Positions 22,484 to 34,304 of a stretch of 64,000 nt of DNA are shown here, piece after piece (the stretch's first letter is position 1; the number at the start of each line of letters is the position of its first letter). This stretch comes from Escherichia coli (lineage in GTDB: Bacteria > Pseudomonadota > Gammaproteobacteria > Enterobacterales > Enterobacteriaceae): the NCBI RefSeq assembly GCF_022846255.1, contig NZ_AP025682.1. One strand, written 5' to 3'. The position numbers and the translations under genes are program-made. The notes beneath the pieces were generated by a model. That model had not been told where the DNA came from and did not search any database. It saw nothing but the letters and a program-made list of their open reading frames with translations.

Positions 22484-23878
22484 ATGCCATTTAAAAAACT
22501 CTCCCGACGCACGTTCCTGACGGCAAGCTCGGTGCTTGCCTTCCTCCATACGCCTTTCGCCCGTGCAATTCCCGCTCAACAAAGCGTTAACATTAACGAC
22601 TACAACCCTCACGACTGGATCGCCTCATTTAAACAAGCCTTCAGCGAAGGGCAAACGGTCGTCGTGCCTGCCGGATTGGTTTGTGACAATATCAACACTG
22701 GCATCTTCATTCCTTCTGGCAAAACGTTACACATCCTCGGAAGCCTGCGCGGCAACGGTAGAGGGCGATTTGTCTTACAGGACGGCAGCCAGGTGACAGG
22801 GGAGGAGGGCGGCAGTATGCATAACATCACCCTGGATGTGCGTGGTTCTGACTGCACCATCAAAGGGCTGGTGATGAGCGGCTTTGGCCCGGTGACGCAG
22901 ATCTATATCGGCGGCAAAAACAAACGGGTCATGCACAACCTGACCATCGATAACCTGACCGTTAGCCACGCTAATTACGCCATCTTACGCCAGGGATTTC
23001 ATAACCAGATAATCGGTGCCAACATCACCAACTGTAAGTTCAGCGACTTACAGGGCGACGCTATTGAATGGAACGTGGCGATTAACGACAGTGATATTTT
23101 GATATCCGACCATCTCATTGAGCGCATTAACTGTACCAACGGCAAAATCAACTGGGGCATCGGCATAGGTCTTGCGGGAAGCACTTATGATAACAACTAC
23201 CCGGAAGACCAGGCAGTGAAAAACTTTGTCGTGGCGAATATCACGGGATCGGATTGTCGGCAACTGATCCATGTTGAAAATGGTAAACATTTTGTTATTC
23301 GTAATATCAAAGCCCGTAATATCACGCCGGATTTCAGTAAGAAAGCAGGTATTGATAACGCCACAGTTGCTATTTATGGTTGTGACAACTTTGTGATTGA
23401 TAATATTGAAATGATTAATAGTGCCGGGATGTTAATCGGCTATGGGGTAATTAAAGGCAAATATCTCTCGATACCGCAGAATTTCCGAGTGAATGATATT
23501 CAACTGGATAATACTCATCTTGCTTATAAATTGCGCGGCATTCAAATCTCCGCCGGGAATGCTGTCTCCTTTGTGGCGCTGACTAACATTGAGATGAAGC
23601 GTGCGTCGCTTGAGCTACACAACAAACCGCAACATCTTTTTATGCGCAATATCAATGTGATGCAGGAATCCTCAGTTGGACCCGCATTGAGCATGAACTT
23701 TGACATGCGCAAAGACGTTCGAGGCGTTTTTATGGCGAAAAAAGAAACACTGCTGTCTCTTGCAAATGTTCATGCGGTGAATGAAAAAGGACAAAGCTCC
23801 GTCGATATCGACAGGATTAATCACCATATTGTTAATGTGGCAAAGATTAACTTTAGATTGCCGGAACGGAGAGAGTAG
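22484..23878 (+). CDS. wcaM: Colanic acid biosynthesis protein (predicted beta-helix fold)
   Basis: 464 aa; Tat-like signal ([14 protein letters not shown]); last gene of the cps operon. Confidence 0.88.
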   Translation: MPFKKLSRRTFLTASSVLAFLHTPFARAIPAQQSVNINDYNPHDWIASFKQAFSEGQTVVVPAGLVCDNINTGIFIPSGKTLHILGSLRGNGRGRFVLQDGSQVTGEEGGSMHNITLDVRGSDCTIKGLVMSGFGPVTQIYIGGKNKRVMHNLTIDNLTVSHANYAILRQGFHNQIIGANITNCKFSDLQGDAIEWNVAINDSDILISDHLIERINCTNGKINWGIGIGLAGSTYDNNYPEDQAVKNFVVANITGSDCRQLIHVENGKHFVIRNIKARNITPDFSKKAGIDNATVAIYGCDNFVIDNIEMINSAGMLIGYGVIKGKYLSIPQNFRVNDIQLDNTHLAYKLRGIQISAGNAVSFVALTNIEMKRASLELHNKPQHLFMRNINVMQESSVGPALSMNFDMRKDVRGVFMAKKETLLSLANVHAVNEKGQSSVDIDRINHHIVNVAKINFRLPERRE

Positions 23879-24052
23879 ATTTGCGACCATTCCTGGAAAA
23901 ATGGAGCCATACTTAGGAACAATGCTACTGCAATCCACAACGAAGCGGCGTAACATCACAAGTAATTCAGTAATCAATTCAGGGTAATTGATGCTGGCGA
24001 AAAAAATCGAACAAGCTATAATTCAGCAACCATTTTACAGGTGGATGAAATA

Positions 24053-24946
24053 ATGACGAATTTAAAAGCAGTTATTCCTGTAGCGGGTCTTGGGATGCAT
24101 ATGTTGCCTGCCACTAAGGCGATTCCCAAAGAGATGCTACCGATCGTCGACAAGCCAATGATTCAGTACATCGTTGACGAGATTGTGGCTGCAGGGATCA
24201 AAGAAATCCTCCTGGTAACTCACGCTTCCAAGAACGCGGTCGAAAACCACTTCGACACCTCTTATGAATTAGAATCTCTCCTTGAACAGCGCGTGAAGCG
24301 TCAACTGCTGGCGGAAGTACAGTCCATTTGCCCGCCGGGCGTGACAATTATGAACGTGCGTCAGGGCGAACCTTTAGGTTTGGGCCACTCCATTTTATGT
24401 GCACGACCTGCCATTGGTGACAATCCATTTGTCGTGGTGCTGCCAGACGTTGTGATCGACGACGCCAGCGCCGACCCGCTGCGCTACAACCTTGCTGCCA
24501 TGATTGCGCGCTTCAACGAAACGGGCCGCAGCCAGGTGCTGGCAAAACGTATGCCGGGTGACCTCTCTGAATACTCTGTCATCCAGACCAAAGAGCCGCT
24601 GGACCGCGAAGGTAAAGTCAGCCGCATTGTTGAATTCATCGAAAAACCGGATCAGCCGCAGACGCTGGACTCAGACATCATGGCCGTTGGTCGCTATGTG
24701 CTTTCTGCCGATATTTGGCCGGAACTTGAACGCACTCAGCCTGGTGCATGGGGGCGTATTCAGCTGACTGATGCCATTGCCGAACTGGCGAAAAAACAGT
24801 CCGTTGATGCCATGCTGATGACCGGCGACAGCTACGACTGCGGTAAAAAAATGGGTTATATGCAAGCGTTCGTGAAGTATGGACTACGCAACCTCAAAGA
24901 AGGGGCGAAGTTCCGTAAAGGGATTGAGAAGCTGTTAAGCGAATAA
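24053..24946 (+). CDS. galF: UTP-glucose-1-phosphate uridylyltransferase-like regulatory subunit
   Basis: 297 aa from the ATG at 24053 ([32 protein letters not shown]...); the track ORF starts at an upstream GTG. Confidence 0.93.
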   Translation: MTNLKAVIPVAGLGMHMLPATKAIPKEMLPIVDKPMIQYIVDEIVAAGIKEILLVTHASKNAVENHFDTSYELESLLEQRVKRQLLAEVQSICPPGVTIMNVRQGEPLGLGHSILCARPAIGDNPFVVVLPDVVIDDASADPLRYNLAAMIARFNETGRSQVLAKRMPGDLSEYSVIQTKEPLDREGKVSRIVEFIEKPDQPQTLDSDIMAVGRYVLSADIWPELERTQPGAWGRIQLTDAIAELAKKQSVDAMLMTGDSYDCGKKMGYMQAFVKYGLRNLKEGAKFRKGIEKLLSE

Positions 24947-25203
24947 TGAAAATCTGACCGGATGTAACGGTTGATAAGAAAATTATAACGGCAGTGAAGA
25001 TTAGCGGCGAAAGTAATTTGTTGCGAATTTTCCTGCCGTTGTTTTATATAAACAATCAGAATAACAACGACTTAGCAATAGGATTTTAGTCAAAGTTTTC
25101 CAGGATTTTCCTTGTTTCCAGAGCGGATTGGTAAGACAATTAGCGCTTGAATTTTTCGAGTTAAGCGCGAGTGGGTAACGCTCGTCACATCGTAGGAATG
25201 CAT

Positions 25204-25243
25204 GCAGTGCTCTGGTAGCTGTAAAGCCAGGGGCGGTAGCGTG
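25204..25243 (+). promoter_or_regulatory. JUMPstart element with ops site (GGCGGTAGCGTG at 25232..25243) in the O-antigen operon leader
   Basis: 39-bp block cagtgctctggtagctgtaaagccaggggcggtagcgtg, about 75 bp upstream of rfbB; near-identical to the cps-leader copy. Confidence 0.85.
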
Positions 25244-25318
25244 CATTAATACCTCTATTAATCAAACTGAGAGCCGCTTATTTCACAGCATGCTCTGAAG
25301 TAATATGGAATAAATTAA

Positions 25319-26404
25319 GTGAAGATACTTGTTACTGGGGGCGCAGGATTTATTGGTTCTGCTGTAGTTCGTCACATTATAAATAATACGCAGGATAGTG
25401 TTGTTAATGTCGATAAATTAACGTACGCCGGAAACCTGGAATCACTTGCTGATGTTTCTGACTCTGAACGCTATGTTTTTGAACATGCGGATATTTGCGA
25501 TGCTGCTGCAATGGCGCGGATTTTTGCTCAGCATCAGCCGGATGCAGTGATGCACCTGGCTGCTGAAAGCCATGTGGATCGTTCAATTACAGGCCCTGCG
25601 GCATTTATTGAAACCAATATTGTTGGTACTTATGTCCTTTTGGAAGCGGCTCGCAATTACTGGTCTGCTCTTGATGGCGACAAGAAAAATAGCTTCCGTT
25701 TTCATCATATTTCTACTGACGAAGTCTATGGTGATTTGCCTCATCCTGACGAAGTAAATAATAAAGAACAATTACCCCTCTTTACTGAGACGACAGCTTA
25801 CGCGCCTAGTAGTCCTTATTCCGCATCAAAAGCATCCAGCGATCATTTAGTCCGCGCGTGGAAACGTACCTATGGTTTACCGACTATTGTGACTAACTGT
25901 TCGAATAACTACGGTCCTTATCACTTTCCGGAAAAATTGATTCCACTAGTAATTCTTAATGCTCTGGAAGGTAAGGCATTACCTATTTATGGCAAAGGGG
26001 ATCAAATTCGTGACTGGCTGTATGTTGAAGATCATGCGCGTGCGTTATATACCGTAGTTACTGAAGGTCAAGCGGGTGAAACCTATAACATTGGCGGACA
26101 CAACGAAAAGAAAAACATCGATGTTGTGCTGACTATTTGTGATTTGTTGGACGAGATAGTCCCGAAAGAGAAATCTTATCGTGAGCAAATTACTTATGTT
26201 GCTGATCGCCCAGGGCATGATCGCCGTTATGCGATTGATGCTGAGAAGATTGGTCGCGAATTGGGATGGAAACCACAGGAAACGTTTGAGAGTGGGATTC
26301 GTAAAACGGTGGAATGGTATTTGGCTAATGCAAAATGGGTTGATAATGTGAAAAGTGGTGCCTATCAATCGTGGATTGAACAGAACTATGAGGGCCGCCA
26401 GTAA
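25319..26404 (+). CDS. rfbB: dTDP-glucose 4,6-dehydratase
   Basis: 361 aa; GTG start; [20 protein letters not shown]ossmann motif. Confidence 0.95.
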   Translation: MKILVTGGAGFIGSAVVRHIINNTQDSVVNVDKLTYAGNLESLADVSDSERYVFEHADICDAAAMARIFAQHQPDAVMHLAAESHVDRSITGPAAFIETNIVGTYVLLEAARNYWSALDGDKKNSFRFHHISTDEVYGDLPHPDEVNNKEQLPLFTETTAYAPSSPYSASKASSDHLVRAWKRTYGLPTIVTNCSNNYGPYHFPEKLIPLVILNALEGKALPIYGKGDQIRDWLYVEDHARALYTVVTEGQAGETYNIGGHNEKKNIDVVLTICDLLDEIVPKEKSYREQITYVADRPGHDRRYAIDAEKIGRELGWKPQETFESGIRKTVEWYLANAKWVDNVKSGAYQSWIEQNYEGRQ

Positions 26405-27303
26405 TGAATATCCTCCTTTTTGGCAAAACAGGGCAGGTAGGTTGGGAACTACAGCGTGCTCTGGCACCTCTGGGTAATTTGATTGCTCTTGATGTTCACT
26501 CCACTGATTACTGTGGTGATTTTAGTAACCCTGAAGGTGTGGCTGAAACAGTCAAAAGAATTCGACCTGATGTTATTGTTAATGCTGCGGCTCACACCGC
26601 AGTAGATAAGGCTGAGTCAGAACCCGAATTTGCACAATTACTCAATGCGACTAGCGTTGAATCAATTGCAAAAGCGGCAAATGAAGTTGGGGCTTGGGTA
26701 ATTCATTACTCAACTGACTACGTATTCCCTGGAAATGGCGACACGCCATGGCTGGAGATGGATGCAACCGCACCGCTAAATGTTTACGGTGAAACCAAGT
26801 TAGCTGGAGAAAAAGCATTACAAGAGCATTGTGCGAAGCACCTAATTTTCCGTACCAGCTGGGTCTATGCAGGTAAAGGAAATAATTTCGCCAAAACGAT
26901 GTTGCGTCTGGCAAAAGAGCGTGAAGAACTAGCCGTTATTAATGATCAGTTTGGTGCGCCAACAGGTGCTGAACTGCTGGCTGATTGTACGGCACATGCC
27001 ATTCGTGTCGCACTGAATAAACCGGATGTCGCAGGCTTGTACCATTTGGTAGCCAGTGGTACCACAACCTGGTACGATTATGCTGCGCTGGTTTTTGAAG
27101 AGGCGCGCAATGCAGGCATTCCTCTTGCACTCAACAAGCTCAACGCAGTACCAACAACTGCCTATCCTACACCAGCTCGTCGTCCACATAACTCTCGCCT
27201 TAATACAGAAAAATTTCAGCAGAATTTTGCGCTTGTATTGCCTGACTGGCAGGTTGGTGTGAAACGCATGCTCAACGAATTATTTACGACTACAGCAATT
27301 TAA
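26404..27303 (+). CDS. rfbD: dTDP-4-dehydrorhamnose reductase
   Basis: 299 aa; overlaps the rfbB stop (ATGA-type junction). Confidence 0.95.
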   Translation: MNILLFGKTGQVGWELQRALAPLGNLIALDVHSTDYCGDFSNPEGVAETVKRIRPDVIVNAAAHTAVDKAESEPEFAQLLNATSVESIAKAANEVGAWVIHYSTDYVFPGNGDTPWLEMDATAPLNVYGETKLAGEKALQEHCAKHLIFRTSWVYAGKGNNFAKTMLRLAKEREELAVINDQFGAPTGAELLADCTAHAIRVALNKPDVAGLYHLVASGTTTWYDYAALVFEEARNAGIPLALNKLNAVPTTAYPTPARRPHNSRLNTEKFQQNFALVLPDWQVGVKRMLNELFTTTAI

Positions 27304-27360
27304 TAGTTTTTGCATCTTGTTCGTGATGGTGGAGCAAGATGAATTAAAAGGAATGATGAA

Positions 27361-28239
27361 ATGAAAACGCGTAAAGGTATTATTTTAGCGGGTGGTTCTG
27401 GTACTCGTCTTTATCCTGTGACTATGGTCGTCAGTAAACAGCTATTACCTATATATGATAAACCGATGATCTATTATCCGCTTTCTACACTGATGTTAGC
27501 GGGTATTCGCGATATTCTGATTATTAGTACGCCACAGGATACTCCTCGTTTTCAACAACTGCTGGGTGACGGTAGCCAGTGGGGCCTGAATCTTCAGTAC
27601 AAAGTGCAACCGAGTCCGGATGGTCTTGCGCAGGCATTTATTATCGGTGAAGAGTTTATTGGTGGTGATGATTGTGCTTTGGTACTTGGTGATAATATCT
27701 TCTACGGTCACGACCTGCCTAAGTTAATGGATGCCGCTGTTAACAAAGAAAGTGGTGCAACGGTATTTGCCTATCACGTTAATGATCCTGAACGCTATGG
27801 TGTCGTTGAGTTTGATAAAAACGGTACGGCGATCAGCCTGGAAGAAAAACCGCTACAACCAAAAAGTAATTATGCGGTAACCGGGCTTTATTTTTATGAT
27901 AACGACGTTGTCGAAATGGCGAAAAATCTTAAGCCTTCTGCCCGCGGTGAACTGGAAATTACCGATATTAACCGTATCTATATGGAACAAGGGCGTTTAT
28001 CTGTTGCCATGATGGGGCGTGGTTATGCGTGGTTAGACACGGGGACACATCAGAGCCTGATTGAGGCAAGCAACTTTATTGCAACAATTGAAGAGCGTCA
28101 GGGGCTGAAAGTTTCCTGCCCGGAAGAAATTGCTTACCGTAAAGGGTTTGTTGATGCTGAGCAGGTGAAAGTATTAGCTGAACCTCTGAAAAAAAATGCT
28201 TATGGTCAGTATCTGCTGAAAATGATTAAAGGTTATTAA
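27361..28239 (+). CDS. rfbA: Glucose-1-phosphate thymidylyltransferase
   Basis: 292 aa; [16 protein letters not shown] motif. Confidence 0.95.
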   Translation: MKTRKGIILAGGSGTRLYPVTMVVSKQLLPIYDKPMIYYPLSTLMLAGIRDILIISTPQDTPRFQQLLGDGSQWGLNLQYKVQPSPDGLAQAFIIGEEFIGGDDCALVLGDNIFYGHDLPKLMDAAVNKESGATVFAYHVNDPERYGVVEFDKNGTAISLEEKPLQPKSNYAVTGLYFYDNDVVEMAKNLKPSARGELEITDINRIYMEQGRLSVAMMGRGYAWLDTGTHQSLIEASNFIATIEERQGLKVSCPEEIAYRKGFVDAEQVKVLAEPLKKNAYGQYLLKMIKGY

Positions 28240-28243
28240 TAAA

Positions 28244-28792
28244 ATGAACGTAATTAAAACAGAAATTCCTGATGTACTGATTTTTGAACCGAAAGTTTTT
28301 GGTGATGAGCGTGGTTTCTTTTTTGAGAGCTTTAACCAGAAGGTTTTTGAGGAAGCTGTAGGCCGCAAAGTTGAATTTGTTCAGGATAACCATTCGAAGT
28401 CTAGTAAAGGTGTTTTACGCGGGCTGCATTATCAGTTGGAACCTTATGCACAAGGAAAATTGGTGCGTTGCGTTGTCGGTGAAGTTTTTGACGTAGCTGT
28501 TGATATTCGTAAATCGTCATCGACTTTTGGCAAATGGGTTGGGGTGAATTTATCTGCTGAGAATAAGCGGCAATTGTGGATTCCTGAGGGATTTGCACAT
28601 GGTTTTTTAGTGCTGAGTGAGACGGCGGAGTTTTTGTATAAGACGACAAATTATTATCATCCTCAGAGTGATAGAGGAATAAAATGGGATGATCCAAGTA
28701 TCAATATTTCATGGCCAGTCGATTCACAAGTGCTGCTATCAGCTAAAGATAATAAGCATCCTCCATTAACAAAGATTGAAATGTATAGTTAA
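28244..28792 (+). CDS. rfbC: dTDP-4-dehydrorhamnose 3,5-epimerase
   Basis: 182 aa; cupin-fold RmlC (FGDERGFFFESF..., RGLHYQ). Confidence 0.93.
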   Translation: MNVIKTEIPDVLIFEPKVFGDERGFFFESFNQKVFEEAVGRKVEFVQDNHSKSSKGVLRGLHYQLEPYAQGKLVRCVVGEVFDVAVDIRKSSSTFGKWVGVNLSAENKRQLWIPEGFAHGFLVLSETAEFLYKTTNYYHPQSDRGIKWDDPSINISWPVDSQVLLSAKDNKHPPLTKIEMYS

Positions 28793-28823
28793 GATCACGA
28801 TAAATCTTGGAAGGGTTGCAAAA

Positions 28824-30062
28824 TTGAATAAAATAGTGAGCAAAAGTGAAATAAGGAACGTAATCCACAATGCTGGCTATATGATGATTACTCAGATAGC
28901 TTTATATGTTGCACCATTATTTATACTGAGTTATCTGTTAAAAACACTGGGGGTTGCACAGTTTGGTAATTATGCCTTAATACTATCAATCGTTGCATAT
29001 TTACAGATTATAACGGATTATGGTTTTTCTTTTAGTGCAAGTCGTGCGATCTCACAGAATAGAGAGGACAAAGAATATATATCAAAAATTTATCTGTCAA
29101 CTATGACTATCAAGTTGGCGATATGCGCTTTCTTATTCTTATTGCTCATGCTATTTTTAAATCTTTTGCCTGTGCAAGCTGAATTAAAACAAGGAATATT
29201 ATATGGATATCTTCTTGTAATAGGAAATACTTTCCAACCACAATGGTTTTTCCAAGGTATCGAAAAATTAAAAATCATAGCCCTTTCTAATGTTATATCA
29301 AGATGCGCCGCGTGTTTACTTGTATTTATCTATGTGAGGAATAGCGAGGATTTACAAAAAGCACTTTTAGTACAGTCACTTCCATTAGTAATTTCTGCGA
29401 TTGGATTAAATATATTTATATTGAAATATATCAATATTATTTTTCCGGAAAAAAAATTATTTAAGGTAATTTTAAAAGAAGGTAAGGATTTTTTTCTTGC
29501 ATCACTTTATTCTGTTATTCTCAATAATAGTGGCATTTTTCTATTAGGGATTTTTACTAATCCTGTTATTGTTGGTGTATATGCCGCCGCTGAAAAGATA
29601 GTCAAGGCCGTATTGTCGCTATTTACACCACTGACGCAAGCTATATATCCTTATAATTGTCGTAAGTTTTCACTATCCGTATTTGACGGCATTGAGGCAG
29701 CAAAAAAAACTGGTATACCAATTATAATTTTAGCATTTATAGCTGCTGTTATCGTTGCAATTACCTTACCTGTTGCAATCGACTATCTTAATTTTCCAAA
29801 AGAAACAATTTTTGTAGGTCAAATATTAAGTGCATGGATCTTTTTTGGTGTTCTTAATAATGTATTCGGCATTCAGATATTGAGTGCATCAGGAAGAAGT
29901 AAAATATATAGTAGGATGGTATTCGTATCAGCGCTTATAACATTACTTTTGATTACTCTATTATTGCAGTTTTGTAACGCCACTGGAGTGGCATGTGCAA
30001 TATTATTGGGTGAAATGTTCTTATCAATATTGTTACTTAAGCGATATAAAAAAATAATTTAA
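28824..30062 (+). CDS. wzx: O-antigen flippase (Wzx)
   Basis: Polytopic membrane protein in an AT-rich gene; start uncertain: TTG at 28824 (MNKIVSKSEIRNV...) preferred over the track ORF start at 28776, which overlaps rfbC. Confidence 0.8.
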   Translation: MNKIVSKSEIRNVIHNAGYMMITQIALYVAPLFILSYLLKTLGVAQFGNYALILSIVAYLQIITDYGFSFSASRAISQNREDKEYISKIYLSTMTIKLAICAFLFLLLMLFLNLLPVQAELKQGILYGYLLVIGNTFQPQWFFQGIEKLKIIALSNVISRCAACLLVFIYVRNSEDLQKALLVQSLPLVISAIGLNIFILKYINIIFPEKKLFKVILKEGKDFFLASLYSVILNNSGIFLLGIFTNPVIVGVYAAAEKIVKAVLSLFTPLTQAIYPYNCRKFSLSVFDGIEAAKKTGIPIIILAFIAAVIVAITLPVAIDYLNFPKETIFVGQILSAWIFFGVLNNVFGIQILSASGRSKIYSRMVFVSALITLLLITLLLQFCNATGVACAILLGEMFLSILLLKRYKKII

Positions 30063-30071
30063 GGAATAGTT

Positions 30072-31199
30072 ATGAAGAAGTTATTATTAGTGTTCGGTAC
30101 TAGGCCTGAAGCAATAAAGATGGCCTCTATCATTGAATTATTAAAAAAAGATTGTAGATTCGAATATAAAATATGTGTGACAGGCCAACATAAAGAGATG
30201 CTTGATCAAGTTATGCAAGTATTTGATGTTAAACCTGATTATAATTTACGGATTATGCAGCCTGGGCAAACATTAGTATCTGTAGCAACAAATATACTCT
30301 CACGGTTAAGTGAAGTTTTAATTATAGAAAAGCCAGATATTATACTTGTGCATGGGGATACAACGACTACCCTTGCTGCTACTTTAGCTGGGTATTACCA
30401 CCAAATAAAAGTTTGTCATGTGGAAGCAGGATTAAGAACAGGGGATATTTACTCTCCTTGGCCTGAAGAGGGCAATCGTAAAGTTACAGGGGCATTAGCA
30501 TGTATTCATTTCGCCCCAACAGAGAGATCAAAAGATAATCTCCTGAGGGAGGGGGTCAAAGTAAATAATATATTTGTAACGGGTAATACCGTCATCGACT
30601 CTTTATTTATTGCAAAAGATATCATAGATAATGACCCTAATATAAAGAACGCTTTACATAATAAATTTAATTTTCTTGATAAAAGCCGACGAGTAGTACT
30701 TATAACAGGTCATCGAAGAGAAAATTTCGGGAAAGGTTTTGAAGATATATGCTTTGCAATAAAGGAATTAGCTTTCATTTATCCTAATGTAGATTTTATT
30801 TATCCGGTGCATCTTAATCCCAATGTAATGGAACCAGTACATCGTATATTAGATAATATATGTAATATTTACCTTATTGAGCCCTTGGATTATTTGCCTT
30901 TTGTTTATTTAATGAATGAGTCATATTTAATATTGACTGATTCAGGGGGGATACAAGAAGAAGCGCCTTCGTTAGGTAAACCGGTTTTGGTTATGCGTGA
31001 TACTACTGAACGCCCTGAGGCGGTTGAGGCTGGTACTGTTGTATTAGTGGGGACTTCTAAGATAAAAATAGTAAATAAAGTAACGGAGCTATTAAACAAT
31101 GCTGATATCTACAATGCTATGTCTCTGTTACATAATCCATATGGCGATGGAACAGCTGCTCAAAAAATTCTTAATGTGCTCGCCCAAGAGCTAATTTAA
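30072..31199 (+). CDS. UDP-N-acetylglucosamine 2-epimerase (non-hydrolysing, WecB/MnaA-like)
   Basis: 375 aa; N-terminal LLVFGTRPEAIKMA and HGDTTTTLAATLAGYY, HVEAGLRTGD motifs. Confidence 0.85.
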   Translation: MKKLLLVFGTRPEAIKMASIIELLKKDCRFEYKICVTGQHKEMLDQVMQVFDVKPDYNLRIMQPGQTLVSVATNILSRLSEVLIIEKPDIILVHGDTTTTLAATLAGYYHQIKVCHVEAGLRTGDIYSPWPEEGNRKVTGALACIHFAPTERSKDNLLREGVKVNNIFVTGNTVIDSLFIAKDIIDNDPNIKNALHNKFNFLDKSRRVVLITGHRRENFGKGFEDICFAIKELAFIYPNVDFIYPVHLNPNVMEPVHRILDNICNIYLIEPLDYLPFVYLMNESYLILTDSGGIQEEAPSLGKPVLVMRDTTERPEAVEAGTVVLVGTSKIKIVNKVTELLNNADIYNAMSLLHNPYGDGTAAQKILNVLAQELI

Positions 31200-31213
31200 T
31201 TTAAGCTAAAAAT

Positions 31214-32278
31214 ATGTTATTAATTATTGCTGATTATCCAAACGAAATGAATATGCGCGAGGGAGCTATGCAACGAATAGATGCGATAGACTCTCTCATT
31301 CGAGATCGCAAGCGAGTGTATTTGAATATTTCATTCAAAAAGCATCTAGTTCGCTCAAATAGTTCCTTTAATAATGTTATAGTTGAAAATCTAAATGCAA
31401 TTATTCACAGAAACATCATAAAACAGTACATGCAAAAATCAACAACTATATATGTTCATTCTGTTTATAATTTATTAAAGGTTATAACGCTCATTGATCT
31501 AAAAAAAACAATTCTTGATATACATGGTGTTGTACCGGAAGAACTTTTGGCAGATAATAAAAAATTACTTAGTAAAGTATATAACATGGTGGAAAAAAAA
31601 GGTGTCCTTGGATGCAAAAAATTAATACACGTCAGTACAGAAATGCAAAAACACTATGAAGCAAAATATGGAGTAAACTTGGCTGAAAGGTCAATAGTGC
31701 TCCCGATTTTTGAATATAAAAATATAACCCAATCGCAAAACAAATGGACAGAAAATAAAATACGAAGTATCTATCTTGGAGGATTACAAACATGGCAAAA
31801 TATTGATAAAATGATTCAAATTTGTGATGACACAGTGATAAACAATGAAGCAGGTAAGTATGAATTCAACTTTTTCATCCCACAGAGTAACTTGGAAGGG
31901 TTTATAGATAAATATTCGTTAAAATTACATAATATCAATGCTAATGCATCTACGCTATCACGTGATGAAGTAATTCCCTTTCTAAAAGAATGTCATATTG
32001 GTTTTGTATTGCGCGATGATATAATAGTAAACAGAGTTGCGTGCCCTACAAAATTGGTTGAATATTTAGAGTGTGGTGTCGTTCCAGTTGTGCTCTCCCC
32101 ACTTATAGGTGATTTTTATTCGATGGGATATCAATACATTACTACAGAGGAAATGGCTAACAGAAGTATAAGTTTGTTGGATCTTGAAAAAATGGCTGCA
32201 CATAATTTACAAATTTTGACTTCTTATCAGAAGAGAACCTACAAGGCACAGAAAGAACTTATTGCTCAACTGTGCTGA
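31214..32278 (+). CDS. Putative O-antigen glycosyltransferase (GT-B/GT4-like)
   Basis: 354 aa; AT-rich; C-terminal PTKLVEYLECGVVPVV resembles the GT4 donor-binding region; position in the O-antigen cluster. Confidence 0.6.
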   Translation: MLLIIADYPNEMNMREGAMQRIDAIDSLIRDRKRVYLNISFKKHLVRSNSSFNNVIVENLNAIIHRNIIKQYMQKSTTIYVHSVYNLLKVITLIDLKKTILDIHGVVPEELLADNKKLLSKVYNMVEKKGVLGCKKLIHVSTEMQKHYEAKYGVNLAERSIVLPIFEYKNITQSQNKWTENKIRSIYLGGLQTWQNIDKMIQICDDTVINNEAGKYEFNFFIPQSNLEGFIDKYSLKLHNINANASTLSRDEVIPFLKECHIGFVLRDDIIVNRVACPTKLVEYLECGVVPVVLSPLIGDFYSMGYQYITTEEMANRSISLLDLEKMAAHNLQILTSYQKRTYKAQKELIAQLC

Positions 32279-32329
32279 ATTTTTTACATATATAAAATTA
32301 TGTAAGCATATCGCTGGTCAGGTAATTGT

Positions 32330-33334
32330 ATGCGTATCAAATATAAAGATAACGGTTATATATTATGTTTTCTATTATGTTTCATTTTGAGCTACTTAGT
32401 TTTACTCAAATCTGACTACTTTCCTGCTGATTTTCTGCCATATACAGAAATATACGATGGGACATACGGAGAAATCAATAATATTGAGCCTGCCTTTTTA
32501 TATTTAACACGGTTGTTTCATTATTTAAATTTCCCCTATATATTTTTTGCAATGTTAGTTTGTGCCTTATGTTTAAGTTGGAAAATAAAATATGCAAGAA
32601 AAATAATTAAAGATAGTTATATATATTTATTCTTGTATGTATATGTATCATTTTATGTGTTTTTGCATGAAATGACTCAATTGCGCATAGCAATTGCAGT
32701 CACTATGTGCTATGTGTCGGTTTATTATTACTTTTATAAAAATTGTATTAAACATGCACTGCCATGGATGGTGTTGGCTATTTTGTTTCATTACAGCGCC
32801 TTGCTTTTATTTATGTCATTATTTATATACAGTTATAGGAGGTTATTAATAGTAATTATAGGGTTTGTAATATGTATGAGCTTTTTAAACGTGTATGCAG
32901 ATACAATTGCACTATATTTGCCAAATGAAAAAATAGTAAATTATTTATATAGTATTTCATCATCATTAGACAATAGAAATGATTTGGCAATATTCAACCT
33001 GAATAATATAATATTTTTATCAATATTTATTTTGATCTTTTATCTTAGCCGATATATAAAATTAAATGATAATGAGGCGAAGTTTATTAAGTATGTGCAA
33101 TGTTCAGGAATATTAGCCTTTTGTATTTTCTTTCTGGCTAGTGGAGTCCCGGTCATTGCTTATCGAACTGCAGAGTTGCTGCGAATATTTTATCCGATGG
33201 CTTTAGTATTAATCCTTTCGCATATAAAAAATAATAATATGCGTTATTTTATTGCAGTCATTATAGTTATCCTTTCAGGCTTAATGTTGTTTATAACACT
33301 AAGGGCTGTATCAATAGTTGGTCAAGGATTATAA
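32330..33334 (+). CDS. wzy: Putative O-antigen polymerase (Wzy)
   Basis: 334 aa, very hydrophobic with about 10 predicted transmembrane helices; very AT-rich; typical position in the cluster. Confidence 0.7.
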   Translation: MRIKYKDNGYILCFLLCFILSYLVLLKSDYFPADFLPYTEIYDGTYGEINNIEPAFLYLTRLFHYLNFPYIFFAMLVCALCLSWKIKYARKIIKDSYIYLFLYVYVSFYVFLHEMTQLRIAIAVTMCYVSVYYYFYKNCIKHALPWMVLAILFHYSALLLFMSLFIYSYRRLLIVIIGFVICMSFLNVYADTIALYLPNEKIVNYLYSISSSLDNRNDLAIFNLNNIIFLSIFILIFYLSRYIKLNDNEAKFIKYVQCSGILAFCIFFLASGVPVIAYRTAELLRIFYPMALVLILSHIKNNNMRYFIAVIIVILSGLMLFITLRAVSIVGQGL

Positions 33335-34295
33335 AATGAATGTTGCTATTTTGTTGTCTACGTATAATGGCGAAAAATATTTAGAGGAACAACTGGATTC
33401 ATTGCTGCTTCAAAGTTATCAGGATTTTGTAGTGTATATCCGTGATGACGGATCATCTGATAGAACTGTAAATATAATAAACCAATACGTAATGAAAGAT
33501 AACAGATTTATTAACGTGGGTAATTCAGAAAATCTTGGTTGTGCTGCTTCGTTTATTAATTTATTAAGAAATGCTTCAGCCGATATTTATATGTTTTGTG
33601 ACCAAGATGATTATTGGCTTCCGAATAAATTACAGCGTGCTGTGGATTATTTTTCGGCTATTGATCCTTTACAACCTACCTTGTATCATTGCGATCTAAG
33701 CGTTGTTGATGAAAAACTTAATATTATACAAAATTCATTTTTGCAGCATCAGAAAATGTCAGCGTATGATTCAATGAGAAAAAATAATCTTTTCATACAA
33801 AATTTTGTTGTTGGTTGTTCATGTGCTGTTAATGCTTCACTTGCGGAATTTGTTCTTTCGCGAATTGGAGAGCAGCATGTAAAAATGATAGCTATGCATG
33901 ACTGGTGGTTAGCCGTGACTGCAAAACTTTTTGGTCGAATCCATTTTGATAATACTCAAACGATTCTTTATCGACAACATCAGGGCAATGTATTAGGTGC
34001 AAAATCATCAGGTATGATGCGTTTTATTCGATTAGGATTAAATGGGCAAGGGATTTCGCGAGTAGTATCTTTTAGAAAAAAAGTTTGTGCGCAAAATAAG
34101 CTTCTTTTAGATGTCTATGATAAAGAGTTAAATCTTGAGCAAAAAAAATCTATCAGGCTTGTAATTGAGGGCCTTAAAGAGAACTCTTCAATTGCTGACC
34201 TTTTAAAATGTTTCTATCATGGTAGCTATATGCAAGGTTTTAAACGTAATCTTGCCTTAATATATTCAGTTCTTTACACAAAAAAAAGAAGATAG
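33318..34295 (+). CDS. Glycosyltransferase family 2
   Basis: NVAILLSTYNGEKYLEEQLDSLLLQSY...IRDDGSSDRT GT2 signature; start could be the ATG at 33336. Confidence 0.8.
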   Translation: MVKDYKMNVAILLSTYNGEKYLEEQLDSLLLQSYQDFVVYIRDDGSSDRTVNIINQYVMKDNRFINVGNSENLGCAASFINLLRNASADIYMFCDQDDYWLPNKLQRAVDYFSAIDPLQPTLYHCDLSVVDEKLNIIQNSFLQHQKMSAYDSMRKNNLFIQNFVVGCSCAVNASLAEFVLSRIGEQHVKMIAMHDWWLAVTAKLFGRIHFDNTQTILYRQHQGNVLGAKSSGMMRFIRLGLNGQGISRVVSFRKKVCAQNKLLLDVYDKELNLEQKKSIRLVIEGLKENSSIADLLKCFYHGSYMQGFKRNLALIYSVLYTKKRR

Positions 34296-34304
34296 TGTAT
34301 CCTT

